NCBI RefSeq assembly: GCF_018350175.1
Contig: NC_058368.1
Location: forward strand, 103,852,001-103,916,000
Direction of reading: 5' to 3'
Length of the DNA: 64,000 bases
Source: Felis catus
Taxonomy: Eukaryota
Part shown: piece after piece, positions 35,401 to 47,730 of the stretch
How positions within the stretch are numbered: position 1 is the first letter of the stretch
How the letters are laid out: every line of letters begins with the position of its first letter
Position numbers and translations under genes: made by a program
The notes under the pieces: model-generated
The model's input: only the letters and a program-made list of their open reading frames with translations
What the model was told of the DNA's origin: nothing
The model's database searches: none

Positions 35401-37679
35401 TGAGGGGTAGTTCCTTCTTAGTAAGTACTAAAAGGGATGGAGGTCTGTCTGTTCCGTGGAAGTCTCTGCGGAACATGAGGCCACCCAGTACCAAATGCTC
35501 TCAGTCTTGGGCTTTTAAATCAAAATAATGAGACAATAAGAAACTGTTACATTTATACCTGTTTTTTTCCCTGGCGACTTCTTTACCTCCAAAAGCATTT
35601 GGAAGTTCCGGGTCACCTGCAAAATGTCAGTAAAGCTATACACAATGAAAGAAAGAGCCCTGAAGAGTCCCTTTTGGGTCCGGCCAATAGAGGAAATAAC
35701 ATAGCATTGAGCCTTAAGAATGGCTACTGATCAAATTTAACCAGAGACAAGTTCGCCTGTCTTCCCAGAAAGAGTAAATAAGAAGTAAAGTTGACTCAAT
35801 TCATTTTGGCAGCCAACACACAGAATTCAGTTTATTTCTTTCTGTCCTACAGAATGTTTGCTGTTGTTTTTTTTTAAGCAAAGAAAAAAAAAAAACTACA
35901 TGAAAGGAATGTGGCAAATCCCAGATCAATTTTTCAATAAATTCTCTGCCTCGTCCAAAAGCAGAACCGAGTTCACATCAGGCATAAGAAAACGAGGATA
36001 AATGCTAGACAATTGAAAATGTAATCACTTATGAATGTCCTTGAAGGCTACGACGTACTGAGTAACAGCCAGCAGGACTTTGGGAAAATTTTGCAAGTCA
36101 AGTCAGAATGCAAACATCCAGTCCTCTAATGGGGACACTCCCAGGAAACAAGATGCATTTGCTCTTGACTTGCGATAAGTTTTTTATTCCGTCGCATACA
36201 AAGTGATATGGTAGTGATCAAGGTGGCCCCCAACCCTAGGGTTTAAAATACACCTAAGCTCACATAATACAATAAGGAATTGTTTATCAACCATTATTTG
36301 ATATATAATGTCTTATGTCTTGGATGTGGGGTTTATACATTTATCATTTCCTACACCCAATACACTGACAACTCTCCCCTCTACTGATAATTAAAAGAAA
36401 TTATAAATGTCTTATGTGTGCAGCATAATTATCACTTTTACCTTATAAAATACAATTTGCTGCCCACACATTACCATCTTATCTGGCCATTTAACTACAG
36501 ATAATGATCCTTTTATGAATCTAGCCCACAACCTGGACATTTTCTATCTCATGTTCCTTTGGACCCTTGCAAAAACAATATAGAACGCCTGTGGTGTAAA
36601 ATTAGGCCTAAACTTAATTATCTTGCAGCCTATTTCCTGAGTTTAATTAACTTTTCTGAGTGGTTTCTACTGCAATGAGAACTAGGCCCATTTGGTATTA
36701 TTTAGTGTCATAATTTCTCTTCCCGCTCAGTTCCAAGGACACCACAAGCTCCCTCCAGTCCTAATTGCCATGGCAAATGCAGAGATAGGAGAACTGAAAA
36801 GCAGCTATAACCAAAATTAAGAATGCGCTGCTGTGCATACTAATATAAGGATGGAAATCTATGAGTGTGCTATCTATAATCCTTTCTAGCCTCTAAATGA
36901 ACTGACTTTAAATATTTAATTATCTTGTTAAGTAAATTCAGATTATAGATTCAAATCCTCGTCATTACAGATCATCGGGCTATTTCAGAAGTAGAATAAA
37001 TGGAAGCCAGACCAACAGCCTTTTGTAAACTAGAAGATGACACACAGTTTACAGTGGAAGCTGTTCTCCTTCTCCCTAGCTTATGTAGACTCCTTCTCTG
37101 GACTCTGAGAAGACCAGGCATGACAAGACATTCCGCCTCTAGAAAATGTGTGGACCCTGCCCCAGGTGTAGTAGAGTGAATGTGGCCTTTGGAGCCCAAC
37201 CCATTGAAAGCAACGTGGACCGTTCATCATTAACACTGCAGCCACCGGCAAGTTATTAGGTCTTTCACAGCCTAGACTGCCCCACTGTTGAATGCAAATA
37301 ACAGTAAATGCCCCACTAGTGGGTTTCAATGATTAAAGAGATAACCAGTGAGCTTCCCCTCCCCCTCTCCCCACCCCCCCCCCCCATATAAAATGTTTCA
37401 GAGAAGAAACCGTTGTGGGTTGACTTTTTATGGGCCAGTATGTTTTGTGAATGACTGAGCGAAGATACAAATGGGAAAACAGACTTGAAGGAGGAGGGGG
37501 CCTCTGCTGAGACAGGTAAGAATGAAAAATAAATTACAAAATTTTTTTAATAAAAAAATAAAGGAGAGGTTGGAAAGACCTAAACGTTATTGGCAAAAAT
37601 AATAACAATAAATAAATAAATAACAGACAGACAGACAGGCAAGGCAGTAGAGGGAGGAAGGAAGAGAAAGAGAACATAA

Positions 37680-37862
37680 AACCCAGAGGTGACTGGGTTG
37701 GTTAAGCGACCGACTCTTGATTTCGGTTCAGGTCATGATCTCACGGTTCATGAGATCGAGTCCTGCATCCGGTTCCACACTGACAATGCCCTCTGCCTCT
37801 CCCCAGCTCGCTCACTGTGCCCTCTCTCTCACAAAATAAATAAATACACATTTTTAAAAAAC
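37680..37862 (+). mobile_element. Can-SINE (diverged)
   Basis: GTTAAGCGACCGACTCTTGATTTCGGTTCAGGTCATGATCTCACGG.. tail. Confidence 0.85.
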
Positions 37863-38856
37863 AGATATTCTGACGTAAAGTACAAGAAAGAGGGCCACTA
37901 TTTCTAGGACAGTCTGTGACAAAAACCAAGGAGAATTCAGGAAGAACAGAGGAGCCCTCCTACGTCACTATCTAGCACCCATGTCACGCCTCCATATTTA
38001 TCCAAGATGTTGGTGCCGCTCTGCCCAGAGCCTATCTTCACCCTAGCGAGGGCTGAGGAGCTGCTGAAGGACAGAGCTGAGAGATGCCTTAAACCTTTCT
38101 GATGCCACCAGGTACTTCGTGCCTAATGAAGTAACTCCCCTTCTGCCACTCATTCCCTCATTCTTACTGCTGGTCTTGCGTCGTAATGGGGATTTTCCTT
38201 GTTTTATACACATTTTATATCCTTAGTTCTACAATGGGCAAGAACTGTCCTGGGTCAGAGGAATGCCTTGACCTGGCTCCATTCCGGGGCTCCTTGGTCC
38301 CCCCTTGCCTAGCCACGGAGAATTCCCCTTCCGCACCAACATCCGTCCTTTAACTGTCCAGTCTAGGTGCAAGGGCAGGTAAAATGAGGTACGCTTAACG
38401 TTATTCTGAGCCATGAAAGCAGGTACCTCTACTCAAGGAAGACAGAACACAGAATGACATCAATGGTGATGGGCAGGCACTGGCCACGGGAGACCCCCAC
38501 AGGAGAGGAAAGGAAAGGACACTCACTGTGGATCTTTGGCTCAGATGGCACACAGTGTGACAACTTTGGCTAACACCGATGCTAACAGAGGATGCTTGTG
38601 ATGACCCTCCCTAAGCTTTCAAGGGTTTTAGTTCAGGCTCTCAAACACTAAGTGTCTCGGGAAACATTCTGCTCCCCTGTGCTAAATGTCCCATATCTGA
38701 GTTTGTCGGAGTTGAACCAGGCAATGACATGGACTGAGATCCTGGCGTTTTTGTTACTGCTGTTGTTGCCACTTTCACATCCCCTCACGACCAGAAAGAA
38801 CTCCCCCCCACACACACACATTCATCTTCTTGCTGCTTTCATTCAGAATTTTCAAA

Positions 38857-39062
38857 AATTTTTAATGTTTACTTATTTTTTGAGAAAGACAGAGAGTGCA
38901 AGCAGGGGAGGAGCAGAGAGAGAGGAAGACACGGAATCTGAAGCAGGCTCCAGGCTCTGAGCTGTCAGCACACAGCCCGACACGGACTCGAACTCATAAA
39001 CCATGAGATCGTGACCTGAGCCAAAGTCGGACGCTTAACAGAATGGGCCACCCAGGCGCCCC
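38857..39062 (-). mobile_element. Can-SINE
   Basis: Flanked by TTCAGAATTTTCAAA on both sides. Confidence 0.9.
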
Positions 39063-41814
39063 TCCTTCAGAATTTTCAAATTGACCTTGTAGAGGGAAAC
39101 AATCCTGAAGAATTAGTCCAATATCTGATTCCATTATCCAAAAACAGAGAGTCCTGGAGAATCGAGGACCTATATCTTTCTCACCTTCAGTCCGACTCCA
39201 TGGCTATCAAAGGCCCTCACAATCTAGGAACTAGTTCCTACTTTACGGTTAAATCAAAATACTTCGTCTTGAGACTTCTGGACTGAAGCACAGAGGACTA
39301 TGTACCTCAAGCGCTCCCACCGCATCTCTTTCCCCAGCCGGCCACACACTCTACTGCACAGGCCTTAAATCATCCTGCACACCCTGCTCTTGTACCTGCC
39401 AACATCATCCACTGTCTAAATGCAGCCAGCAGCTGTTTATTTACAATTAGATCTGCCAGCTGGAAAGCAAACATTCCGCGTTACCGAATCAATCAATGTT
39501 ACAGGGAGAGAAAAAATCAGGTACAGCATGAAATGGGGGACAGGAACATTACATTATATTGCAGCTGTCCTTGTCCAATGCCATTAGATGTTCTCGGCAC
39601 CAAGAATTAATATAACCACAGTCTATGATCAGCTGTCTTCTAGTCGTGGATTTGACACCTAAGAAATACAGCCCACCAGAGGGAAAGATTTGGGCCTTGG
39701 AAGCCCATGGCCTTCATCTGATGACATGAGCAATACTGACCTCCAGGGTGGTTCTCTATCATGCAACCAGGGCACGTCCCCCCTACACAATGTTTATCAA
39801 TTGTATTTCCTCTTTTATCCAAGTGGCAGTTAGAGCTGAATCACACACACTGAGATCAGGCTTTCAAAATAGGATCGTATCACCACGTAGAGTATTTGGG
39901 GACGCTCTCTCCTTTTGGAAATATCAAAGAACGACGAGTATCTCCTCTTCATCATAAAGTGGATCAGCACAAGGACTCCTCCCATTTTTACTGATTTACA
40001 GAGGTAGTGCTGTTCAAGACCTTGATTTGACTTTGGCTGTCAAGCCACCGACTGAGCCTTGGTGAATTAACACGCTTGCCTGGTGCAGTCCGCAAAATTA
40101 GTAAAGCAAAAGGCAGTAACACTCTAGTAGGAATACAGCAACAAAAGCTTAACAGTATGATGGATGAGGCTCTTCCCTTATCTGCCTTATCTGTAGGCTT
40201 TTTGTTTGGTTGGTGGTGCCTTTTTTTTTTTTTTTTAAATAGCAGTGGATGGGAATCAAGATGGGGAAGGAAAGGATACTAGACATGAAGTTGGAAGGTC
40301 ACTAAACATGCAATTCCAGGACACAACCCAGTATTTGTAACCCACCAAAATTCCTTATGGAGGCATTCACACCGTGCCCCCTAAAAGCCACTGGAGTTTG
40401 TGCAGCATTTGAGATAAACCCTGTTAAGGCCCTCCTCTGGTCCTGGTGTGCCAGGAACTTGACGGTTTCCACTCTCTGTGTGCTGGCTCCTAATGGGAAG
40501 CTCCACAGCACTTTGTGTAAATACAGAAACATCTGCCGTAGCCACGAACAGCTTACTGAAAAAGTACAGCCAAGCCTGCTACAGACCCCCTCTGCCCTCA
40601 TTAGAAAATATGCTGGCCGTCAACAGAAGTACAATAAAACTCGGAGAGCTTAAGGCATCAGGAAAAGACAGGGAAGGCCTTCGGGACAGTAAATAAAACA
40701 CTCCTAGCCAAGTAGGGGATTTGGAGGAGTGGGATTAGACATTAGTGGACGCAGTGCCTGGTTAAGAGTTTCCCATTTTCTGAGTCCAGGCTTGCTTACA
40801 ACCAAGGACCCACGCTCCACCCTTTGCATTTAAATACCCCAACCCCAAGGGTAATGATCTCCTTTTATACAATCTGATTCACTTAATGCTGCAAAGTAGC
40901 CTTATGAACACTGGGCTTCCCACAGTACACAGAAGAGGACAGGGTTTCAAAGTCTTCTCAGCAAATTAGGTTGGAGGTGCATGTAGGTAAACTGTATGAG
41001 GGCTCGGGCTGAAGCAAAGGCACTCAGACCATTGCAGGGCCTCTCCAGGTATGAGGGGATAAGGACCCGACCTAAAATGAGATCAGTACAAATTAAGAGA
41101 ATGGTCCCAGAGGTAGGGAGACTGTATCAGCCAAAGGGCGCAAAGCGTGTGACAGTCATTAGCCTCGCTCTTCCTGGGACCAAATACGAACGTTGCAGAT
41201 CGAGATGAAGCCGTTTCCTCTCTCACCACAGCTCCACACATGTACAGATTTTTTCCGACCTACTCGAAGTCACCATGTGGTCTCACGGTTTCCTTCATTC
41301 TTGGTTTCTTTTGTTTTGCTCCTGGAAGAATCCTTCTTTTCCCTCTCACCCTATTATACCCATTTCCATCCCTCATGACATCCAAGTAACGACATCATAT
41401 TCAACTGGGTTGTCTGGGTTAATGTAACAAAAATGGGTTCTGACGAATTTTATCGAAGAAAAAAATTAGGTTTTTGGAAGGAAACAGGGTAGTGGAAGAA
41501 ATGGAAGAGAAGACGAGCAACGAGATCTCAGAAAGGATGAAAAGCAGGGTAATGCTGGGAAAATGCCAGACGCTCTCTTCAGAAGCACCAAGAGGATGAG
41601 TCAGATCCGCATGTCACTTTGCTCAGGATGTGATTTCATAGGTTGAGATTCCGACGGAGACTGCGTGGAAGGTCCCCAATGCTGGTACCAAAGGAGGGTA
41701 GACTGGATGCCGGACAGGCACTACCAATGTCTGTCCTCCACAGCCATACATGGACATACTTGTACAGGCAGCAACAGCGTGAAGCCTAGAGAAATGACTT
41801 ACCAGGCTCAGTTC

Positions 41815-41974
41815 CTTTTTCTTTTTTTAACGTTTATTTATTTTTCAGAGACAGAGCATGAGCAGGGGCGGGGCAGAGAGAGAGGGAGACACAGAACCCG
41901 AAGCAGGCTCCAGGCTCTGAGCTGTCAGCACAGAGCCCGACAGCGAGGCGGGACTGAGTCACCCAGGCACCCCC
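41815..41974 (-). mobile_element. Can-SINE with internal deletion
   Basis: Flanked by CCAGGCTCAG on both sides; part of the head missing. Confidence 0.85.
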
Positions 41975-42210
41975 AGGCTCAGCTCTTTAAAGCTCAAGTC
42001 CATCCCATTGCTCTTCATTTTATGACAAAATGCTCCATCATCTGCATTTGGCACATTTTCTTTCTTTCTTTAGCACAGAAATTTCTTATTTCAGTATCGA
42101 ACTCTCACACTGAACATTCCCTAGTTTTAATTCCCCACTCTTGCCCACTAGGTAATTCTGATTAATTCTGTTTATCATAAAAAGCAAGATAAGGCTATAG
42201 AAAAGGTCTC

Positions 42211-42397
42211 AAAGAAGGGAAGGGGAAGGGGAAGGGGAAGGGGAAGGGGAAGGGAAGGGAAGGGAAGGGAAGGAAAGGAAAGGAAAGGAAAAGAAAGGAA
42301 AGGAAAAGACAGGAAAGGAAAAGACAGGAAAGGAAAAGACAGGAAAGGAAAAGACAGGAAAGGAAAAGAAAGGAAAGGAAAAGAAAAGAAAGGAAAA
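42211..42397. repeat. Compound polypurine repeat (AAGGGG)n-(AAGGG)n-(AAAGG)n-(AGGAAAGGAAAAGAC)n
   Basis: About 185 bp, all purine except four C. Confidence 0.95.
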
Positions 42398-42414
42398 CTC
42401 ATCTTTAGGTGTAT

Positions 42415-42621
42415 CAATGCTGTACAAAAGAACTTTCTACAATATTGGAAATGTTCTAAATCTAGGCTAACCAAAACAGTAGCCGCTGGCCAAATGAACC
42501 TACTGAGCCCTTGAATGTGACCTGTGAGACTAAGAAACTGAATTGTATTTAATTTTTATTAAGCTAAATATAAATCTAAATAGCCAAATGTGGCTAGTAG
42601 CTACCACATTGGACAGTACAG
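42415..42621. mobile_element. MER3-like hAT-Charlie element
   Basis: GCTGTACAAAAGAACTTTCTACAATATTGGAAATGTTCTA..AATAGCCAAATGTGGCTAGTAGCTACCACATTGGACAG. Confidence 0.8.
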
Positions 42622-43017
42622 AATAGATACATAATATCCAAGAAATTCCTTCTTCTATTTATTTGGAGACCAGATAGCTTTTATGTCATGACTGTGGGAT
42701 GTTAAAAGCTAAATTAAGTATATTTCTGAGAAAGTTAAAAGCAATTCTATACCCTTTGTACAACTGTAGCAAGTAAGGCATCTTGTGGGTCAATAACTCA
42801 CCTGAACTATAAGCCATCCCCAAGGAAATACACAGAGCTGCAGGAGGTCCCAGGCCTCTAGCTCTGGCTCTCCCTAAGTATGTGACCTTGGGCAAGTCAG
42901 GCTTTCTTTTTCATTTCTTGAAAAGAAAGGGATCAGACTAGATGATTTCAGGTCCCTTTTCCAGCACTAACAGCTTTAATTTTTATTTGCGCCCACTAAA
43001 ATCTAGAAACGATAGGG

Positions 43018-43260
43018 CAGGGGCTACAAACACGAATGGCAACAGTGTCCAGGCTTGTAAATGAATGAAACTTGCCTAGCAGGACCTGGAGCCCAGTGAA
43101 CAACATATATCCCAGCCAATCACACAAGTGGAGATTCTGACTTTCAAAAAGACCTCAGAAATCCTCTTTTATTGTTGAAGTCTAACGCAATTTTTAGGAA
43201 AATCTCTGTGGCCTATGCAAATCTCATCCATGGGCAAGGCGTGACATCCATTGCCTCCGA
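43018..43260. mobile_element. MER102-like hAT-Charlie fragment
   Basis: Start CAGGGGCTACAAACACGAATGGCAACAGTGTCCAGGC..AAATGAATGAA. Confidence 0.5.
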
Positions 43261-43691
43261 TGTGATAGCTAAATATCTCAGACTCTCTTCCTTTAAGTGA
43301 CCCCTACCCACTTCAGAATTTTCTGACCTCCTCCATAACCCCATATCGTCCTCAGTTTAAATTTATAATTCCAAGCTCCCCTTCAAAGCTCCAAACACAA
43401 ATTAATTAAAATGTTAGGTCAAGCCATATCACCACACGATTGTGAAAGTTGCTTTGTTGCCAATAACTAGAACAGACAGAAAAGTGATCATAATGTACCA
43501 AACGTAACTGAGGAATGCCCCCATTTCTCACTTTTGTGGTGTTATGAGGGGAGTTCAAGGCTTTTCTGATGAAAATTTGTGTTTTTCAGGAAACTCATTC
43601 AACATATGCTCCGATAAAACTGCAAATGATGACTGCCTAGAAAATTCTAACCTTCCACTGAAACAGTACTTGTCAACTCCACAAATATTGT

Positions 43692-43724
43692 TGCAGTAAA
43701 AGAGCAGAACCACCAGATGGCAGC
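43692..43724 (+). promoter_or_regulatory. CTCF motif with upstream module
   Basis: Core CCACCAGATGGCAGC (43710-43724), with TGCAG 13 nt upstream. Confidence 0.6.
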
Positions 43725-43861
43725 ATTATATCATTAAAAATTCTCAGTACTTGAAATTGAGGTAATGTTCACAAAAATTGTCTTGGCACAATTCAAATCA
43801 AGCTATGTGCTTTCTAGCTCTCTCCTTAGCTGATCAATTTCTTTAGAATTTATTTTTAATC

Positions 43862-44080
43862 GGGTCACCTGGGTGGCTCAGTCGGTTAAGTGTCCGACTT
43901 CGGCTCAGGTCATGGTCTCACGCTTCATGGGTTCAAGCCCTGCATCAGGCTCTGTGCAGATAGCTCAGAGCCTGGAGCCTGCTTCAGATTCTGTGTCTCC
44001 CTCTCTCTCTGCCCCTCCCCCACTCACACTCTATCTCTGTCTCTCAAAAATGAATAAATATCAAAAAAAATTTATTTTTA
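43862..44080 (+). mobile_element. Can-SINE
   Basis: Full element. Confidence 0.9.
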
Positions 44081-44344
44081 ATCAATTATTATTACTCGAA
44101 GTCTATTATTATTGTGGATTAAGTCATTCAACCTAAAATGGGCCTCAAATTTTTACAATGTTCATTTATCGATACCTTTGGGGTTAAATGATATAAAATT
44201 GTATGAGGGGATGTTTTAATGAAATTTTTAGTAGCATTCCTGCCTATTAATCTGTTTGTATTACAGGTTCCTGGAAGTGATGACTGCCACATTTTGTGGG
44301 GGTTTTCTTTTGTTTGTTTGCTTTTGTTTGGTTGGTTGGTTTTT

Positions 44345-44535
44345 TGAAGTTTTTTTTTTTTTTTTACTTTATTTATTTCGAGAGAGAGACATCGAGAAAG
44401 AGAACGAATCCCAAGGAGGTTCCACACTGTCAGCACAAAGCCTGACTCGGGGCTCAAACTCACGAACCATGAGATCATGACCTGGGCTGAAACCAAGAGT
44501 CAGATGCTTAACCTATTGGGCCACCCAGGTGCCCC
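44345..44535 (-). mobile_element. Can-SINE
   Basis: Reverse-oriented element. Confidence 0.88.
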
Positions 44536-45779
44536 ATGAATACCACATTTTGTAAGAGAAATCCTGGATGGCTAGTACTCAGGTTTTGGAGTCCCAGAAG
44601 TACTAAAGAGTAGCACAGAAGAGAGTGCAGAAAATAAGCCAAGAACCTGTTTTAAAGTCCAGGATTCATAGCTCTGCGTGATCTGGAAATGAATTGCATG
44701 TTCAGATCTCAACTGTAGTGCTTAAAAAAGTGGCCCCCAGCGGCGTGAGAATCAGGCTCTCCTCCCCCAGCTCACCTTCACCCACTCATCCTCACTCGTT
44801 TTCAGTTTGCCACTGAAAATGGCCGTCTCCTTACCATTGAAAACACAACATACAGTTTACCATGACAATTGTGTGTGCACGTGTGTGTGTAGATAAATGG
44901 ATATCCATAATATCACCAAATATCCAGAAAGGGTTCTAATAATCTTAAATTGTGTCATAAATGTCCTCAGTTCTTTAAAAGACAAAACAATTGTGCATAC
45001 CTTTTGCTATCGCAGGCCCCTCCCCCTTACACAATTACATCTGGCTGAAGTCTGGCATTTGGACCTGGGGTTCCACTGTTGGGAACAGCAATGCCAAGGT
45101 CAATAGGCAGGTTTCTGACCTGGGCTGTTTGACCCTGAGGTCTCACTCCCAAAGTAACGCCTCGCAAAATGGAGGACAAACCTGGCCCATCTCCATGCAT
45201 AGAGGAGGCACAGAAGCAAATTCCTGGCAATTTCAAAATAGCCATTTTTATCCCTGACCCCTGGAATCGTGAGTTCCAAACTAATGAAGCAATTCTGATA
45301 CAAGCTTACTAATATTTTAGTTGTAAAGGAAACACATATCTCTCTGTCCGTCTTTTTTTCCTCTCTTCATTTCATGAGACAAGCAGCTAATATATTGAAT
45401 CACTCCAGTCCTTAAGGACACCGGCCAGCCCTAGAGAACCTTCTGGAAACATGAAGGAAGTTATGGACACTCCCCCCGCACACACACACACAAAGTCTGT
45501 AGGTGCTGAACCTGAAAGTGCACATTTTTAGAAGAGCTGGGGACAAGGGACCCACACTTGGCCCCAGTGTGAAGAACCTTTGGTACTTGTGATCTTCAGT
45601 CGGAGAGAGCCGTGCCGTGCACAGAGGAGAGATGCCACAACACGCTAAGCCAGGCAGAATGTGACTGACAAATATCCACTTCCTTGTCATTTCATTCTGT
45701 ATTGTTCTGCTTTCTCCACACAGAGCCTAGAGGGGATCTGTGGTGTGTCTGAGAACCTGAGCAGAAAACCGTACCCATA

Positions 45780-45964
45780 CAAGTCACAGGGATGAAAGGT
45801 ACAGCCCAGGAAATACAGTCCATGGTACTGTAGTAGTGATATATGGTGAGAGATGGAAGCCACAGTGTGCTGAGCAACACGCAACGTGTACAGCTGTGGA
45901 ATCACTATGTTGTATTCCTGAAACTAAGGGAACACTGTGTATCAACTACACTTCAACAAAAAAA
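45780..45964 (+). mobile_element. Carnivore-type L1 3' terminal fragment
   Basis: AAGTCACAGGGATGAAAGGTACAGC..GAATCACTATGTTGTATTCCTGAAACTAA..ACACTGTGTATCAACTACACTTCAA plus A run. Confidence 0.8.
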
Positions 45965-46457
45965 TGAAACTACACAAATGATGAATGAAAGCAAGCAAGC
46001 AAGCAAGCGGCAGGGGAAAAAAAGAAAATCATATCCGGAAAACCAAGTAAGAAAGCCAAGATCAAGTGCCAGGCTCTCAGATTTTGCTGGTGGGCGAATA
46101 AATTGGACCACACCTTCTCTACAGGGCAACTTGGCCATCTACCAAGGGATTTAAAATTCTGCCCATGCCTTGACCTGGCACTCCTACTCAGAGAAATTTA
46201 GCCGAAGGAAATAATTATGCCTGCGCAGGTGGTGCAGCCGAAAGGGTAGTCATTACAGTGTTGTTTATAATTGAAAAATTAGAAATAAACTGCCCGATAA
46301 TGTTGGAAATGTTAAACCAGCTATGGTCCTTCCATTAAGCAAAATAAGATTCAGCCTTTCCTACTGGTTTGATAAAGGCAAGTGGTGATGTTGGAATATG
46401 TTTAATATATTAAGTGGGAAAAACACATTCTAAAATACTTTCTAAATGTTCTATGTT

Positions 46458-46660
46458 GGGGCGCCTGGGTGGCTCGGTCGGTCGGGCAGCCGACTTCGGC
46501 TCGGGTCATGATCTCGCGGTCCGTGAGTTCGAGCCCCGCGTCGGGCTCTGTGCTGACAGCTCGGAGCCTGGAGCCTGCTTCGGATTCTGTGTCTCCCTCT
46601 CTCTGGCCCTCCCCCGTTCATGCTCTGTCTCTCTCTGTCTCAAAAATAAATAAACATTAA
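46458..46660 (+). mobile_element. Can-SINE (CpG-rich)
   Basis: Full element; sits in an old L1M remnant (~46070-46860). Confidence 0.92.
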
Positions 46661-46874
46661 ATGATTCTATTTTGATAGTATCTATTTTGATAATGTACCC
46701 TAAAATGCTATCTGCAAAGCGGCTAATAGTAATGCCTTAGATTATATAATTATGGTTGGTTTTATATTTTGTCCCTTTTCCCTTTGATTCTTATTATTTC
46801 TCATCTGTATTCTTTTATAATAAATTCTATAATAAACACACATTGCTTATGTAATGAAAAATAAGTATGTTTCA

Positions 46875-47140
46875 GGGCACCTGGGTGGCTCAGTCAGTTA
46901 AGCATCTGATTTTGGCTTGATTTCACAGTTTGTGGGTTGGAGCCCTGCACCAGGCTCTGTGCTGACAGCTCAGAGCCTGGAGCTTGCTTAATATTCTGGG
47001 TCTCCCTCTCTCTCTGCCCCTCCCCTGCTCATTCTCCCTCTCTCTCTCTCTCTCTCTTTCTTCCTCTTCTTTCTTCCCCTCTCTTTCTTCTTCTCTCTCT
47101 CTCTCAAAAATACATAAACATAAAAAAGTTTTTTTTTAAA
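46875..47140 (+). mobile_element. Can-SINE
   Basis: Head with small deletion, expanded CT region. Confidence 0.88.
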
Positions 47141-47512
47141 TATGTTCCAGACATGAGTAGAGTCTGAGGATCCTTGATCATTAAGGTCAGTGGCCAAAAA
47201 GGAAATTTGGAAAGGAAGAGAGATAGGCACCTGTCAAATATAAGCATCAACAGGAAAACTAAAACCAAGACGGCAACTATTCCAACATGGCAAAGCTTCA
47301 AGGTAGCAGCCAACCCCTGAGAGGAGAAATTCCATGAGCCACAGGGTCCACAGCAGGGACCCGAGATGCTACAATAAACAGGTGAGGTGACACACTCACC
47401 CAACCCCCTCTTCTCCCCCTACTGAAGCAATTCTTGATATAGAAACTCTTTGTATATAAAGCTGATAATGAAATAAATCCAAGTTTCTAGAGCTTTACTA
47501 AAAGTGGCTCCA

Positions 47513-47730
47513 GGAGCACCTGGGTGGTTCAGTCGGTTGAGCATCTGACTTCAGCTCAGGTCATGATCTCACGGTTCGTGGGTTTGAGCCCCGCATCGGG
47601 CTCTGTGCTGACAGCTCAGAGCCTGGAACCTGCATCGGACTCTGTGTCTCCCTCTCTCTCTGCCCCTAACCCACTCGCATTCCGTCTCTTTCTCTCTAAG
47701 AAATAAATAAACATTAAAAAAAAATTTTTA
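47513..47730 (+). mobile_element. Can-SINE
   Basis: Full element. Confidence 0.9.

Noticed and set aside
37402..37515. Plus-strand exon candidate ending CAG|GTAAGA
   Set aside because: Stops in the frames examined and no supported partner exons.
42175..42474. ORFs rich in FPFLS repeats
   Set aside because: Translation of the polypurine microsatellite.
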